From the NCBI GenBank assembly GCA_041659405.1, contig JBAZYK010000001.1:180001-212000 (forward strand): DNA of 32,000 bases. The letters are read 5' to 3'. The position numbers were made by a program, and so were the translations under genes. The notes beneath the pieces were generated by a model. It ran no database searches, was not told the origin of the DNA, and saw only the letters and a list, made by a program, of their open reading frames with translations. Positions 8,166 to 15,424 of the stretch are shown piece after piece. How positions within the stretch are numbered: the first letter of the stretch is position 1; the number at the start of each line of letters is the position of its first letter. The stretch comes from Candidatus Altimarinota bacterium (GTDB lineage Bacteria; Patescibacteriota; Gracilibacteria; UBA1369).

Positions 8166-8423
8166 ATGAAAATAACTTACACTGAAAGATTCAAGAAAAA
8201 CTTTAATAAATTGCCTGTAGAAATCCAGAATCGTTTTAGTGAACGTCTTGAAATTTTCATTCAAAATCCCGATTATCCTTTACTCAGGGTTCATCCACTA
8301 AAAGGTAACCTGGCTGGGCTTAGAGCATTTTCAATTACCGGTGATTACCGGGCCATCTACTTTAAAATACATAAAGAAGCCATTGAATTTGTTGATATCG
8401 GCACCCACAATCAGGTTTACTGA
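8166..8423 (+). CDS. RelE/ParE superfamily toxin (RelE/StbE/YafQ-like mRNA interferase)
   Basis: 85 aa. The pattern HPLKGNLAGLRAFSITGDYRAIY....EAIEFVDIGTHNQVY is the typical RelE/ParE core and C-terminus. Confidence 0.8.
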   Translation: MKITYTERFKKNFNKLPVEIQNRFSERLEIFIQNPDYPLLRVHPLKGNLAGLRAFSITGDYRAIYFKIHKEAIEFVDIGTHNQVY

Positions 8424-8572
8424 TGCTCCCTTTTAGCAAGCCGCATAAGTTTCGGTTGTGATCCTATCAAATCAATAAAATAACAATATCGATGGAGTAT
8501 GATCGAAACTTTTAAAGCATTTGCCGGCTTAGCTGTTGAGGAAGAAATGAAAATACTTGCCGCAATCGTTTC

Positions 8573-8609
8573 AAAATGATACAATTATCTTATAAAATGA
8601 TACAATTAT
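8573..8609 (+). promoter_or_regulatory. Two identical 16-nt direct repeats, 21 bp apart, immediately upstream of the Fic gene
   Basis: AAAATGATACAATTAT occurs at 8573-8588 and 8594-8609, with the ATG at 8613. Each copy carries a -10-like TACAAT. The proximal TACAAT ends 6 nt before the ATG. Confidence 0.5.
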
Positions 8610-8612
8610 AAA

Positions 8613-9668
8613 ATGCAGATAAAACCTCTCACAAAGCGGCAAAGGGCTATCATCACCATTATTCAAAGGCTTGATCACGCCCAAACTAAGAATATTACCC
8701 AAGAAATTCAAGTCCATTTTGATCAGGCGACGCGCATTACGATCATAAGGGATTTAAATTCACTTGTTCGTCAAAAACTGATCCAAAAGCATGGAGAGGG
8801 CAGGGGTGTCTGGTACCAGTCTTTAACTCCGGACTTGTTAACTCCGTTTGACCCCGAGGAATATTTCAAAATTGAGCCCGATCGTAGAATTATCAAGAAA
8901 GATACTGCAAATTTTGCTGATTATAAAAACTGGGCGAAAATTTTCGATGATGGAGAATTAGTCCAACTGGCCAAGTTAACTGGAAAATATTTAGCCCATT
9001 TCAAATCCTATAAGGACAATAAACTTGCCCGTGAACTGGAGAGAATCATGATTGAGTTTTCATGGAAATCATCTCATATTGAGGGAAATACCTATTCGTT
9101 GCTGGATACGGAACAGCTTATCAAATCCACAATTGAAGCCAAAGACCATCCTCATGAAGAAGCCGTAATGATTTTAAACCACAAAACCGCGTTAGATTAT
9201 ATTTGGAAAAATTCTGCAGATTTTAAAACTATTAATTTGCGCAAAATTGAAGAAATTCACTCTTTGGTTGTTAAAAATATGGGTGTAAAAACGGGGTTGC
9301 GTCATGGACCGGTAGGTATTATTGGCACAACGTATAGGCCGTTTGATAATATTTACCAGATTCGGGAAGCAATAGAACAATTATGTGGGCTTATTAACAG
9401 GCAAAAAAATCCTTTCATCAAAGCTTTCATTGTAACGGTTGGACTTGCATATATTCAACCCTTTGAAGACGGAAATAAAAGGACTTCTCGCCTTATTGGT
9501 AATGCTATTTTACTGGCATTCCACTGCTGTCCGTTATCGTATCGCAGTATTAATGAAATTGAATATAAAAAAGCTATCATACTTTTTTACGAACAACATA
9601 GCCTGGTTCTATTAAAAAAGCTCTTTGTGGAACAGTATGAATTTGCTGTGAATAATTATTTTTTGTAA
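8613..9668 (+). CDS. Fic/Doc family protein with N-terminal winged-helix domain; active-site motif degenerate (QPFEDGNKRTSR)
   Basis: HTH-like N-terminus (KRQRAIITIIQRL...TRITIIRDLNSLVRQKLI). Inhibitory-helix motif SSHIEG, matching (S/T)xxxE(G/N), at residues 153-158. The Fic core has IQPFEDGNKRTSRL in place of HxFx(D/E)GNGRxxR. Confidence 0.85.
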   Translation: MQIKPLTKRQRAIITIIQRLDHAQTKNITQEIQVHFDQATRITIIRDLNSLVRQKLIQKHGEGRGVWYQSLTPDLLTPFDPEEYFKIEPDRRIIKKDTANFADYKNWAKIFDDGELVQLAKLTGKYLAHFKSYKDNKLARELERIMIEFSWKSSHIEGNTYSLLDTEQLIKSTIEAKDHPHEEAVMILNHKTALDYIWKNSADFKTINLRKIEEIHSLVVKNMGVKTGLRHGPVGIIGTTYRPFDNIYQIREAIEQLCGLINRQKNPFIKAFIVTVGLAYIQPFEDGNKRTSRLIGNAILLAFHCCPLSYRSINEIEYKKAIILFYEQHSLVLLKKLFVEQYEFAVNNYFL

Positions 9669-9711
9669 GGATGTGCAATTTGAAATTCTGAATATATGGA
9701 AAATACCCAAA

Positions 9712-10548
9712 CTACAATAAACTTCCGTACAAAGGGGAAAACAGGCAATCTTTTGGATCGATGAGTAAATCTTTTGGGTTAATTTTCGCGTCGGTAAAGG
9801 TTACCGGGGCGTTACTGATAATCGTAAACGGAGTGCATTCATCGGCTTCGCCCATCACCAGGTGCGCCGCAGTGGCCAGGTTATCGGCAACTGCCTGTTG
9901 GGTAACTTTTAATTTGTTGTTATAAAGGTCCTTGTGTCCACGCAAATCGTTTACGCCTTTAAAGCCGGCGTATCCAAGGGCAATACCGCTAACTCCTCTG
10001 CGCAGTGGTCGGCAGGTGGAATCACTGATTATAATGCCGAGTTTTTTAAGCTTGTAGATTTTTTTGAGTTCTTTTTGAAGCTGAGCTGCAACTTTGAAAG
10101 AATCTTTTGGCCAAAGCACGGCAAAGCCCTTTTCTGTATTTGATCTATCTATCCCCGCCCATGGGATGAGGATGCCGTTTTTTAATGTGAGTGGCACTTC
10201 GTCAATTATTGCCTGCTGGAAGAATTCCCTCCCCGGGGAGGAATTTGCTGAACTTTTGTTCGCATAAGCCGCATGAATGGAAGTTTGCGGTGATCGTGTC
10301 GAGCTTATTATTTGGTCTGCTTCGCTTGCCACCAACCTGTCAAATTCTTGCGGATTATTTATTTTCACAACTTGCCCTTGAGTCACCGCTACTACTTTTG
10401 ATGAAATTACCAAAATGTCACCATTACAAAGGCGGCCCTGATTTAATTTGGATTTACTCTTTCTTAGTGACTTTATTATCACCTCTAAAAGATCATCTTT
10501 GGGTGTAATTATCTTCGACTTTACCGCTTCTATTTCTAGTTTATTCAT
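9712..10548 (-). CDS. CofE-like (F420-0:gamma-glutamyl ligase family, COG1478) protein with an internal low-complexity insertion
   Basis: ILVISSKVVAVTQG, IIISDSTCRPLRRGVSGIALGYAGF and ADNLATAAHLVMGEADE blocks match the CofE fold family. A Ser-rich segment of about 35 aa (SSTRSPQTSIHAAYANKSSANSSPGREFF) interrupts it. Confidence 0.7.
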   Translation of the reverse strand: MNKLEIEAVKSKIITPKDDLLEVIIKSLRKSKSKLNQGRLCNGDILVISSKVVAVTQGQVVKINNPQEFDRLVASEADQIISSTRSPQTSIHAAYANKSSANSSPGREFFQQAIIDEVPLTLKNGILIPWAGIDRSNTEKGFAVLWPKDSFKVAAQLQKELKKIYKLKKLGIIISDSTCRPLRRGVSGIALGYAGFKGVNDLRGHKDLYNNKLKVTQQAVADNLATAAHLVMGEADECTPFTIISNAPVTFTDAKINPKDLLIDPKDCLFSPLYGSLL

Positions 10549-10586
10549 ATTTTTGCATTTATCCTTGTAATATTGTTTTATAATAA

Positions 10587-10611
10587 TCCATTACACTCGT
10601 CCATTACACTC
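10587..10611 (-). promoter_or_regulatory. Adjacent tandem duplication (period 13) upstream of the CofE-like gene
   Basis: TCCATTACACTC occurs at 10587-10598 and 10600-10611. On the gene strand this reads GAGTGTAATGGA twice, 39-63 nt upstream of the ATG at 10548, followed by a TATTATAAA -10-like stretch. Confidence 0.4.
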
Positions 10612-10859
10612 TATTGACTTGGTTATTTCAATTTGCTACAATGATCTGAACATTAAGAATAAGTATAGATGATGTCCGAGTCGAATCTGGTTTTGGACAA
10701 AATCCCAACTAGACTTAAAAAGTTCATTCCGCTCTTTCACAATCAGCATAACACACCCGCAGAAAACGTTGAATGGTTAACTGCCAACGCTACCCCCGAA
10801 TCTTTTTTCGGAAAAACAAAAACAAAACGCCCTAGAAAAGCACTCAAAATAAGCGCTTT

Positions 10860-11163
10860 TAACCCTTCTACGTTCTCTGCTCTGTGATGGCCCTCACTGA
10901 CCAACCGGGCCGACCCTACCGCTGCCCTGGTGATTTCTGTTCATCTAACGGTGCTTAAATCACGCCAACAGGCGGTCCCTGGCCGGACTGTAAACTTTAG
11001 CCGAAGCAAGGCAGAACACATGAACTTTCTGGTCAATTGTTTCAAAACAAAAATAAATTCCACCAAAACAAAAATATTCTCAGCCGTGACTTATTTTCTT
11101 ATCTCTACGGCCGATAGGATACCGGAATTTTCCCCCCGCCCTTAAAAGCGGGGTTTTTATTTG
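10860..11163 (+). ncRNA. Candidate structured non-coding RNA of unassigned family, ending in an intrinsic terminator
   Basis: The local GC-rich patch is free of credible ORFs. Nested helices are GGCCC/GGGCC (10889-10893 / 10907-10911), CCGCTG/CA(G)GCGG (10919-10924 / 10969-10975), GTGATTT/AAATCAC (10930-10936 / 10957-10963) and CTGT/ACGG with a U-G pair that works only on the plus strand. A terminator lies at 11134-11163. The 5' boundary is a guess. Confidence 0.3.
11134..11163 (+). terminator. Rho-independent terminator (plus strand)
   Basis: CCCCGC (11134-11139), an 8-nt loop, GCGGGG (11148-11153), then TTTTTATTT. Confidence 0.7.
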
Positions 11164-11239
11164 TGTACGGCATGTTCAAAACGTGGATACATCAAAAAAA
11201 ATGCCGAAACCAATTTGGATCCGATAAAACTGTAATTAA

Positions 11240-12379
11240 CTAAATAGAATCTTGAGCGATCTGCTCCGGTAATGGCAAGATAGTAGATGATACCTCTTTA
11301 GCCTGTGGCTGAATTTCAGGAACAATAACCGGCGCTACAGAAGGGCTTGCGCTGCTTGCCTGTAAATTAACGGTTTGAACTTCCGGCACCGCTATGGCTG
11401 ATATTGGAGCGGCTGTTTTTTCTTCAACCTTGGCCAAAATCTTTTCCTGTGCTTGAACCAATTTTTCTTCCTGCTTGATAGCTGCGGTCAGGTTGTTATC
11501 CAAAATAATATTTTGCGTTGGATATGGCCATGACCAGCCACGAGCATAAAAGTCTTTATGGAGCTGCTTAATAAGGTCGCTTTGAGGGGTCAAAATGCCT
11601 TTTTTGGAATCGACCCAACATCTGATTCTAAGAGTATTGTGGGAATTACCCGGAGGCAAAACCACAACACTTGGCTTAGGCTCCAGCAAAATCTTATTTA
11701 CTTTCTTGATTGAAGTCTTGATTAAATCAATAACTTCATGCAGGTCATAATCAAGATGAACCGAAAGCTCAAATTGAAATCTGCGCAATGGCGCATAGGT
11801 CATTGATGTAACCTGTTTACTAAAGAGATCGGCATTTGGAATGATAACTCTGGTGCCATCAAAATTTTTGACTACCGTGTAGCGGGATTGGATTTTTTCA
11901 ATGATGCCCATGGTTCCGCCAATTTTAATCCAATCACCAATGGTAAATTGTTTTTGCAAAAGGATCACAATTCCGGCAAAGAAGTTCATCAAGAAATCTC
12001 GCATGGCAAAGCCAATACCAAAGGCAGCCGCTGCAACAACACCGGTTAAATCAATTCCGGCAATTTTCAAGCCAATAGTAATACCAATGCCTAAAACTCC
12101 GGCATAAACGGAACGCGCAATAACGATTTGCACCTCCTGATGGCTTTCTTCAAGGCCCTGTTCGGTCATTTTGTTTTCGACCAGATTTTTTACCAGTTTG
12201 GCAACAATGAATGAAGCCAAAACAACGATAATACCGGTAATCCAAAGCGGAATTGCTTTGAAAAAGCTATCAAATAAACTCTGAAAATTATTGGCTGTAT
12301 CGGTAGCAAGATTGGTGGTCTTGTCTGCAGTTTGAGCCAACGCTCTGGAAATGCCGAAAATGTTTTGTGAAAAGTTCAT
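11240..12379 (-). CDS. Mechanosensitive ion channel family protein (MscS-like)
   Basis: GIGFAMRDFLMNFFAGIVILLQKQFTIGDWIKIGGTMGIIEKIQSRYTVVKNFDGTRVIIPNADL is the MscS TM3 plus beta-domain signature. I prefer the ATG at 12379 (MNFSQ...), 1 nt after the upstream stop, over the listed start at 12409. Confidence 0.85.
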   Translation of the reverse strand: MNFSQNIFGISRALAQTADKTTNLATDTANNFQSLFDSFFKAIPLWITGIIVVLASFIVAKLVKNLVENKMTEQGLEESHQEVQIVIARSVYAGVLGIGITIGLKIAGIDLTGVVAAAAFGIGFAMRDFLMNFFAGIVILLQKQFTIGDWIKIGGTMGIIEKIQSRYTVVKNFDGTRVIIPNADLFSKQVTSMTYAPLRRFQFELSVHLDYDLHEVIDLIKTSIKKVNKILLEPKPSVVVLPPGNSHNTLRIRCWVDSKKGILTPQSDLIKQLHKDFYARGWSWPYPTQNIILDNNLTAAIKQEEKLVQAQEKILAKVEEKTAAPISAIAVPEVQTVNLQASSASPSVAPVIVPEIQPQAKEVSSTILPLPEQIAQDSI

Positions 12380-12380
12380 A

Positions 12381-13538
12381 TTAATTTGAGGTAGGGGCCG
12401 GGGCAGCATCTTCCGATCCGTTTTGAGTTTTTAAAAAGGCTCCGCCGCTTTGGTCAGCCGTTACTGTTGGCTGCACAACCGCTTCATTCTGTAAAAGCTT
12501 TTCACGATTTTTGGCTAACTGCTCTTCTTCTTTCATTCGTTCATTGATCATTTGGGAAAATTCATTTGGATCCATGGCTTTGCTTTTTAGCGCAACGGAT
12601 TCCAAATCTTTTTCAAAACTGAGTGAAGTAACAGCATACGGAGCATCAAATCCGGCATCTTCCAATTTGTTCTGAATACCGATAAAAATTTTGGATTCAA
12701 TGCGGCGCCATAAACTCTTGGAATCAACCCAAAAGCGGACCTCTAAAACAATGTAACTTTCATCCAAATCGGTAATTACAACATTTGCTTTTGGTTCCAA
12801 AAAAATGCGGGCATCTTGCTTAACTTCATTTAAACAAATTTTGATCACGTCCTGAACACTTACGCCATAACGACAATAAACCGGCACTTTTAAACGGCGC
12901 ATCGGATTGCTGGTATAACTTAAAACCTGGCTTTTATAAAGCTCGGCATTTGGCACAATCAAGCGTAATCCATCATAAGTTGTAAGATAAGTGGCACGAG
13001 TGCGAATTTCAACAACTTTGCCCTTGGTTCCATTTACTTTGATCCAATCGCCAATCGTAAAAGGGCGTGAAGCCAAAATGGCAAGTCCGGCCACAAAATT
13101 GGATATTGTATCCTGTAATCCAAAAGAAATTCCAAATCCAACTGCTGCCAATAATGTTGTGATGTTGATGCCGGCAATGGCGAGAGAAATGGTTGTTCCA
13201 ATCACCGCGACTCCAACAAAGGCGACTCTTCCGGCAATAATCATAACCTCCTGATGCTCATTTTCCACCTTGGCCGCAAGGCGACTTTCGACTATGTTTT
13301 TGACCATAAGGCCTATCCCGAGAGATACAACAAAGATAACAATTGCCGTAATCCACAAAGGCAAACTTTGCAGTACAAAAGCCAAAATATTCCAGGATGA
13401 GCCTGTGTCTTTTGATGTAGCGGTTGAGCCCACTTGAGCAAAAGCCGCCGGAATACCTAAGGCATTTATCAGCACAAAAAGAAGCATGCTGAATTTAAGT
13501 GTTTTTTTCATTAATTTGTTTTGGGTGTTTTTTGTCAT
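12381..13538 (-). CDS. Mechanosensitive ion channel family protein (MscS-like), paralog of the downstream gene
   Basis: Signal-peptide-like N-terminus (LLFVLINALGIPAAFAQ). MscS core GFGISFGLQDTISNFVAGLAILASRPFTIGDWIKVNGTKGKVVEIRTRATYLTTYDGLRLIVPNAEL. Confidence 0.85.
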   Translation of the reverse strand: MTKNTQNKLMKKTLKFSMLLFVLINALGIPAAFAQVGSTATSKDTGSSWNILAFVLQSLPLWITAIVIFVVSLGIGLMVKNIVESRLAAKVENEHQEVMIIAGRVAFVGVAVIGTTISLAIAGINITTLLAAVGFGISFGLQDTISNFVAGLAILASRPFTIGDWIKVNGTKGKVVEIRTRATYLTTYDGLRLIVPNAELYKSQVLSYTSNPMRRLKVPVYCRYGVSVQDVIKICLNEVKQDARIFLEPKANVVITDLDESYIVLEVRFWVDSKSLWRRIESKIFIGIQNKLEDAGFDAPYAVTSLSFEKDLESVALKSKAMDPNEFSQMINERMKEEEQLAKNREKLLQNEAVVQPTVTADQSGGAFLKTQNGSEDAAPAPTSN

Positions 13539-13668
13539 GTTTTTGTTTTAATTTTTCTCTACATTATACCAAAAAAAGCGGTTTTGTTCAATGGGGAAAG
13601 AGCCGCTTTGCTTTTTAGTCCAAAAGGCATAGAATTCAGCCAAATCTCATTTTTTAATTTCTAAATAT

Positions 13669-14442
13669 ATGGAAATTTTAGGATACCCGGTCTTTGTTAT
13701 AGTTGCAGTGCTGCTTTTATCCAGCATTCGCCAAATTGACCAGTATGAACGCGGGGTAATGTTTCTGTTGGGGAAATTTCATGGAATAAAAGAACCGGGT
13801 TGGAGACTGGTGATTCCCGTTTTTCAATCAATGAGAAAAGTGGATATTCGCACCAAAACAGTTGATGTTCCGGAGCAGGAAACTATCACCAAAGATAACA
13901 TTCCAATTCGTATGAATGCGGTTATTTATTATAAAATTGTGGATGCGGCGAAATCCATTTTGGAAGTGGAAAATTTTTATTATGCCGTTTCGCAATTGGC
14001 GCAAGTGGCTATGCGCAATGTGGTTGGGCAGGTTACGCTTGATGAACTTTTAAAAAACCGTGAAGATATTTCCAAACGCATTGAAGAGCATGTAGATCAG
14101 GCAACCGCTCCATGGGGTATTGATGTTGCCAGTGTGGAATTAAAAGATATTTCTTTACCTGATAATTTGAAACGAGTGTTAGCCAAAGAAGCTGAAGCAG
14201 AACGCGAAAAACGAGCGGTGATTATCCAAGCGGCAGGTGAAGTTGCGGCTGCGGAAAATATTGCAAAGGCTGCAAAAATGCTATCAGATTCACCCGGAGC
14301 ATTACACCTTAGAACTTTGCAATCTATCAACGATATGTCTTCAGATGCTTCAAATACAACGGTTTGGATGGTTCCGGTAGAGGTTTTAAAGGCAGTTGAA
14401 GGACTTGGTAAAATGTTTGATAAAATGAATCAGCAAAAATAA
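13669..14442 (+). CDS. SPFH / band-7 (stomatin-like, slipin) domain protein
   Basis: N-terminal TM segment, then QYERGV.F.LGK, TKDNIPIRMNAVIYYKI and a coiled-coil AEAEREKRA segment, all typical of prokaryotic stomatins. Confidence 0.9.
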   Translation: MEILGYPVFVIVAVLLLSSIRQIDQYERGVMFLLGKFHGIKEPGWRLVIPVFQSMRKVDIRTKTVDVPEQETITKDNIPIRMNAVIYYKIVDAAKSILEVENFYYAVSQLAQVAMRNVVGQVTLDELLKNREDISKRIEEHVDQATAPWGIDVASVELKDISLPDNLKRVLAKEAEAEREKRAVIIQAAGEVAAAENIAKAAKMLSDSPGALHLRTLQSINDMSSDASNTTVWMVPVEVLKAVEGLGKMFDKMNQQK

Positions 14443-14458
14443 TTAACGTTTATGCAAA

Positions 14459-14490
14459 AGAAGAGCTCTTGAATTAGGGCTCTTTTTTAT
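14459..14490. terminator. Hairpin plus T-run between convergent genes (A-run upstream, so possibly bidirectional)
   Basis: AAGAGC (14461-14466) pairs with GCTCTT (14479-14484), followed by a T run extending to 14488 and preceded by AAAAG. Confidence 0.6.
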
Positions 14491-14501
14491 GTCCCTGTTT
14501 T

Positions 14502-15359
14502 CTACTGTTTTAAAAATGTTCCGCCTTCCACGTCTTCTCTGACCGGTTCTTCTTCCGTGTCATCCGGAATACCATAATCTGCGCCGTAGCTTGTGGCTGT
14601 AGCCAAAAAGTCGATGCCGTAATTTTGATATAACCAGAAATAAAACATAGAAAGAGCGCCTTGGCTGAAGCCAATCATGGTCCAAATTACCGGAAGTGAA
14701 GCAAAAAGTAGAATTGTAGCTCCGGCCGGGCCGCTCAAAGAATAAAGGAAAAAGCTAAAAGCTGTTGCCACCAATACACCCAAAATGGTGGTGTAAACGG
14801 AAAGCAATGTATAGCGAGAATCGTGGATTAGTTCAAAAATAAGAGCACTGGCGGTGGCACTTAAAATAATCTGCAAACCTGCCGCATAAGCCGTTAATTC
14901 CAAATGAGTCGTGGATGTTGTCAGATAAATCGGCATTACAAAGGCAAAAATCACCAAATTCATAATGAAAATTTGGGATAAAGCCGTAGCGACGCGGGTA
15001 TAACGATCACGCTCGGAATAAGACATTAAAAATGGCCCAACCATGCTGGAAATCATCGAAGTCGAGAAAATCATTGCCATTAAGACAAAGATAAATAATG
15101 GGCTTACTTCATTGGCAACGGCTTCCGCAGGAGAAAGCACCGGTTGCAAAATCGAGGAAGTTAAAAGAAAAATCAGCAAAAGCACCAAAGTTCCCGCAAC
15201 TCCTCCGGCAAGTCCGGAAAAAGTTTTAATAACCATTGTTAAAAAGGTGATGCGGCGTGGTCCGAATTCAGGATTTACAGCCTGTGCTGCATCAACCGAA
15301 GCGGCTGTCTGGATGCCATTTTCTTGATTTACCGTTGTTTGGTTTTGTGGTGTTTCCAT
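14502..15359 (-). CDS. Polytopic integral membrane protein, function unknown
   Basis: Several long hydrophobic segments, a polar N-terminus and an acidic C-terminal tail (PDDTEEEPVREDVEGG). No motif that I recognise. Confidence 0.55.
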   Translation of the reverse strand: METPQNQTTVNQENGIQTAASVDAAQAVNPEFGPRRITFLTMVIKTFSGLAGGVAGTLVLLLIFLLTSSILQPVLSPAEAVANEVSPLFIFVLMAMIFSTSMISSMVGPFLMSYSERDRYTRVATALSQIFIMNLVIFAFVMPIYLTTSTTHLELTAYAAGLQIILSATASALIFELIHDSRYTLLSVYTTILGVLVATAFSFFLYSLSGPAGATILLFASLPVIWTMIGFSQGALSMFYFWLYQNYGIDFLATATSYGADYGIPDDTEEEPVREDVEGGTFLKQ

Positions 15360-15424
15360 AGTTGATTTTTATTTGGTATCGCTACGCGATGTTTTATTTG
15401 TGCCCCGCCATGGCGGGACTGAGC

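Noticed and set aside
10191-10203. GGCACTTCGTC in the CofE-like gene and CCACTTCGGCC at about 1689 as further half-copies of the 44-nt repeat.
   Set aside because: Only the short ACTTCG-containing word matches. The left arm (AGCTCG..GCT..CG) is absent at the required spacing, so this is consistent with chance.
10883-10925. Fluoride (crcB) riboswitch resemblance: GTGATGGCCCTCAC hairpin, AACCG, a GGCCC/GGGCC pseudoknot-like pairing, and CCTAC.
   Set aside because: The P3 hairpin and the GCUGAUGAU segment are missing, the order of elements does not fit, and there is no downstream crcB or other plus-strand gene.
10880-11030. RNase P RNA or SRP RNA. Minus-strand cues were ACAGTCCGGCC, TTAGATGAACAGAAA and ACAGAGCAGAG. 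The plus-strand cue was GCCGAAGCAAGGCAGAAC against the SRP sequence GGAAGCAGCCAAGGCAG.
   Set aside because: The RNase P-like words are only about 45 nt apart, with no specificity domain and no P4 pairing partner (CCGGCUUA). The SRP GGAA tetraloop and GGAAGCAGC context are absent.
10669-11145. Listed ORFs 10669..10887 (72 aa) and 10930..11145 (71 aa) as protein-coding genes.
   Set aside because: Their composition is unlike real proteins, they have no ribosome-binding context, and they overlap GC-rich helices. One ends inside the terminator loop. They are more likely chance ORFs in a non-coding RNA locus.
10650-11160. tmRNA (ssrA). Cues were CCAGATTCGAC on the minus strand, which resembles the tmRNA 5' GGAUUCGAC element. 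The plus-strand ORF also ends ..AFNPSTFSAL-stop before a GC-rich pseudoknot-like region.
   Set aside because: Neither orientation has a GGGG acceptor 5' end, a T-arm (GGTTCGAATCC-type loop with paired stem) or a terminal ACCA. The UUCGAC-like element and the putative tag are on opposite strands. A covariance-model scan is still needed to be sure.
12381-12409. 29-nt overlap between the two MscS genes, implied by the listed start at 12409.
   Set aside because: An ATG at 12379 sits 1 nt after the upstream stop and removes a non-conserved Pro-rich extension (MLPRPLPQIN). The shorter model is more plausible.
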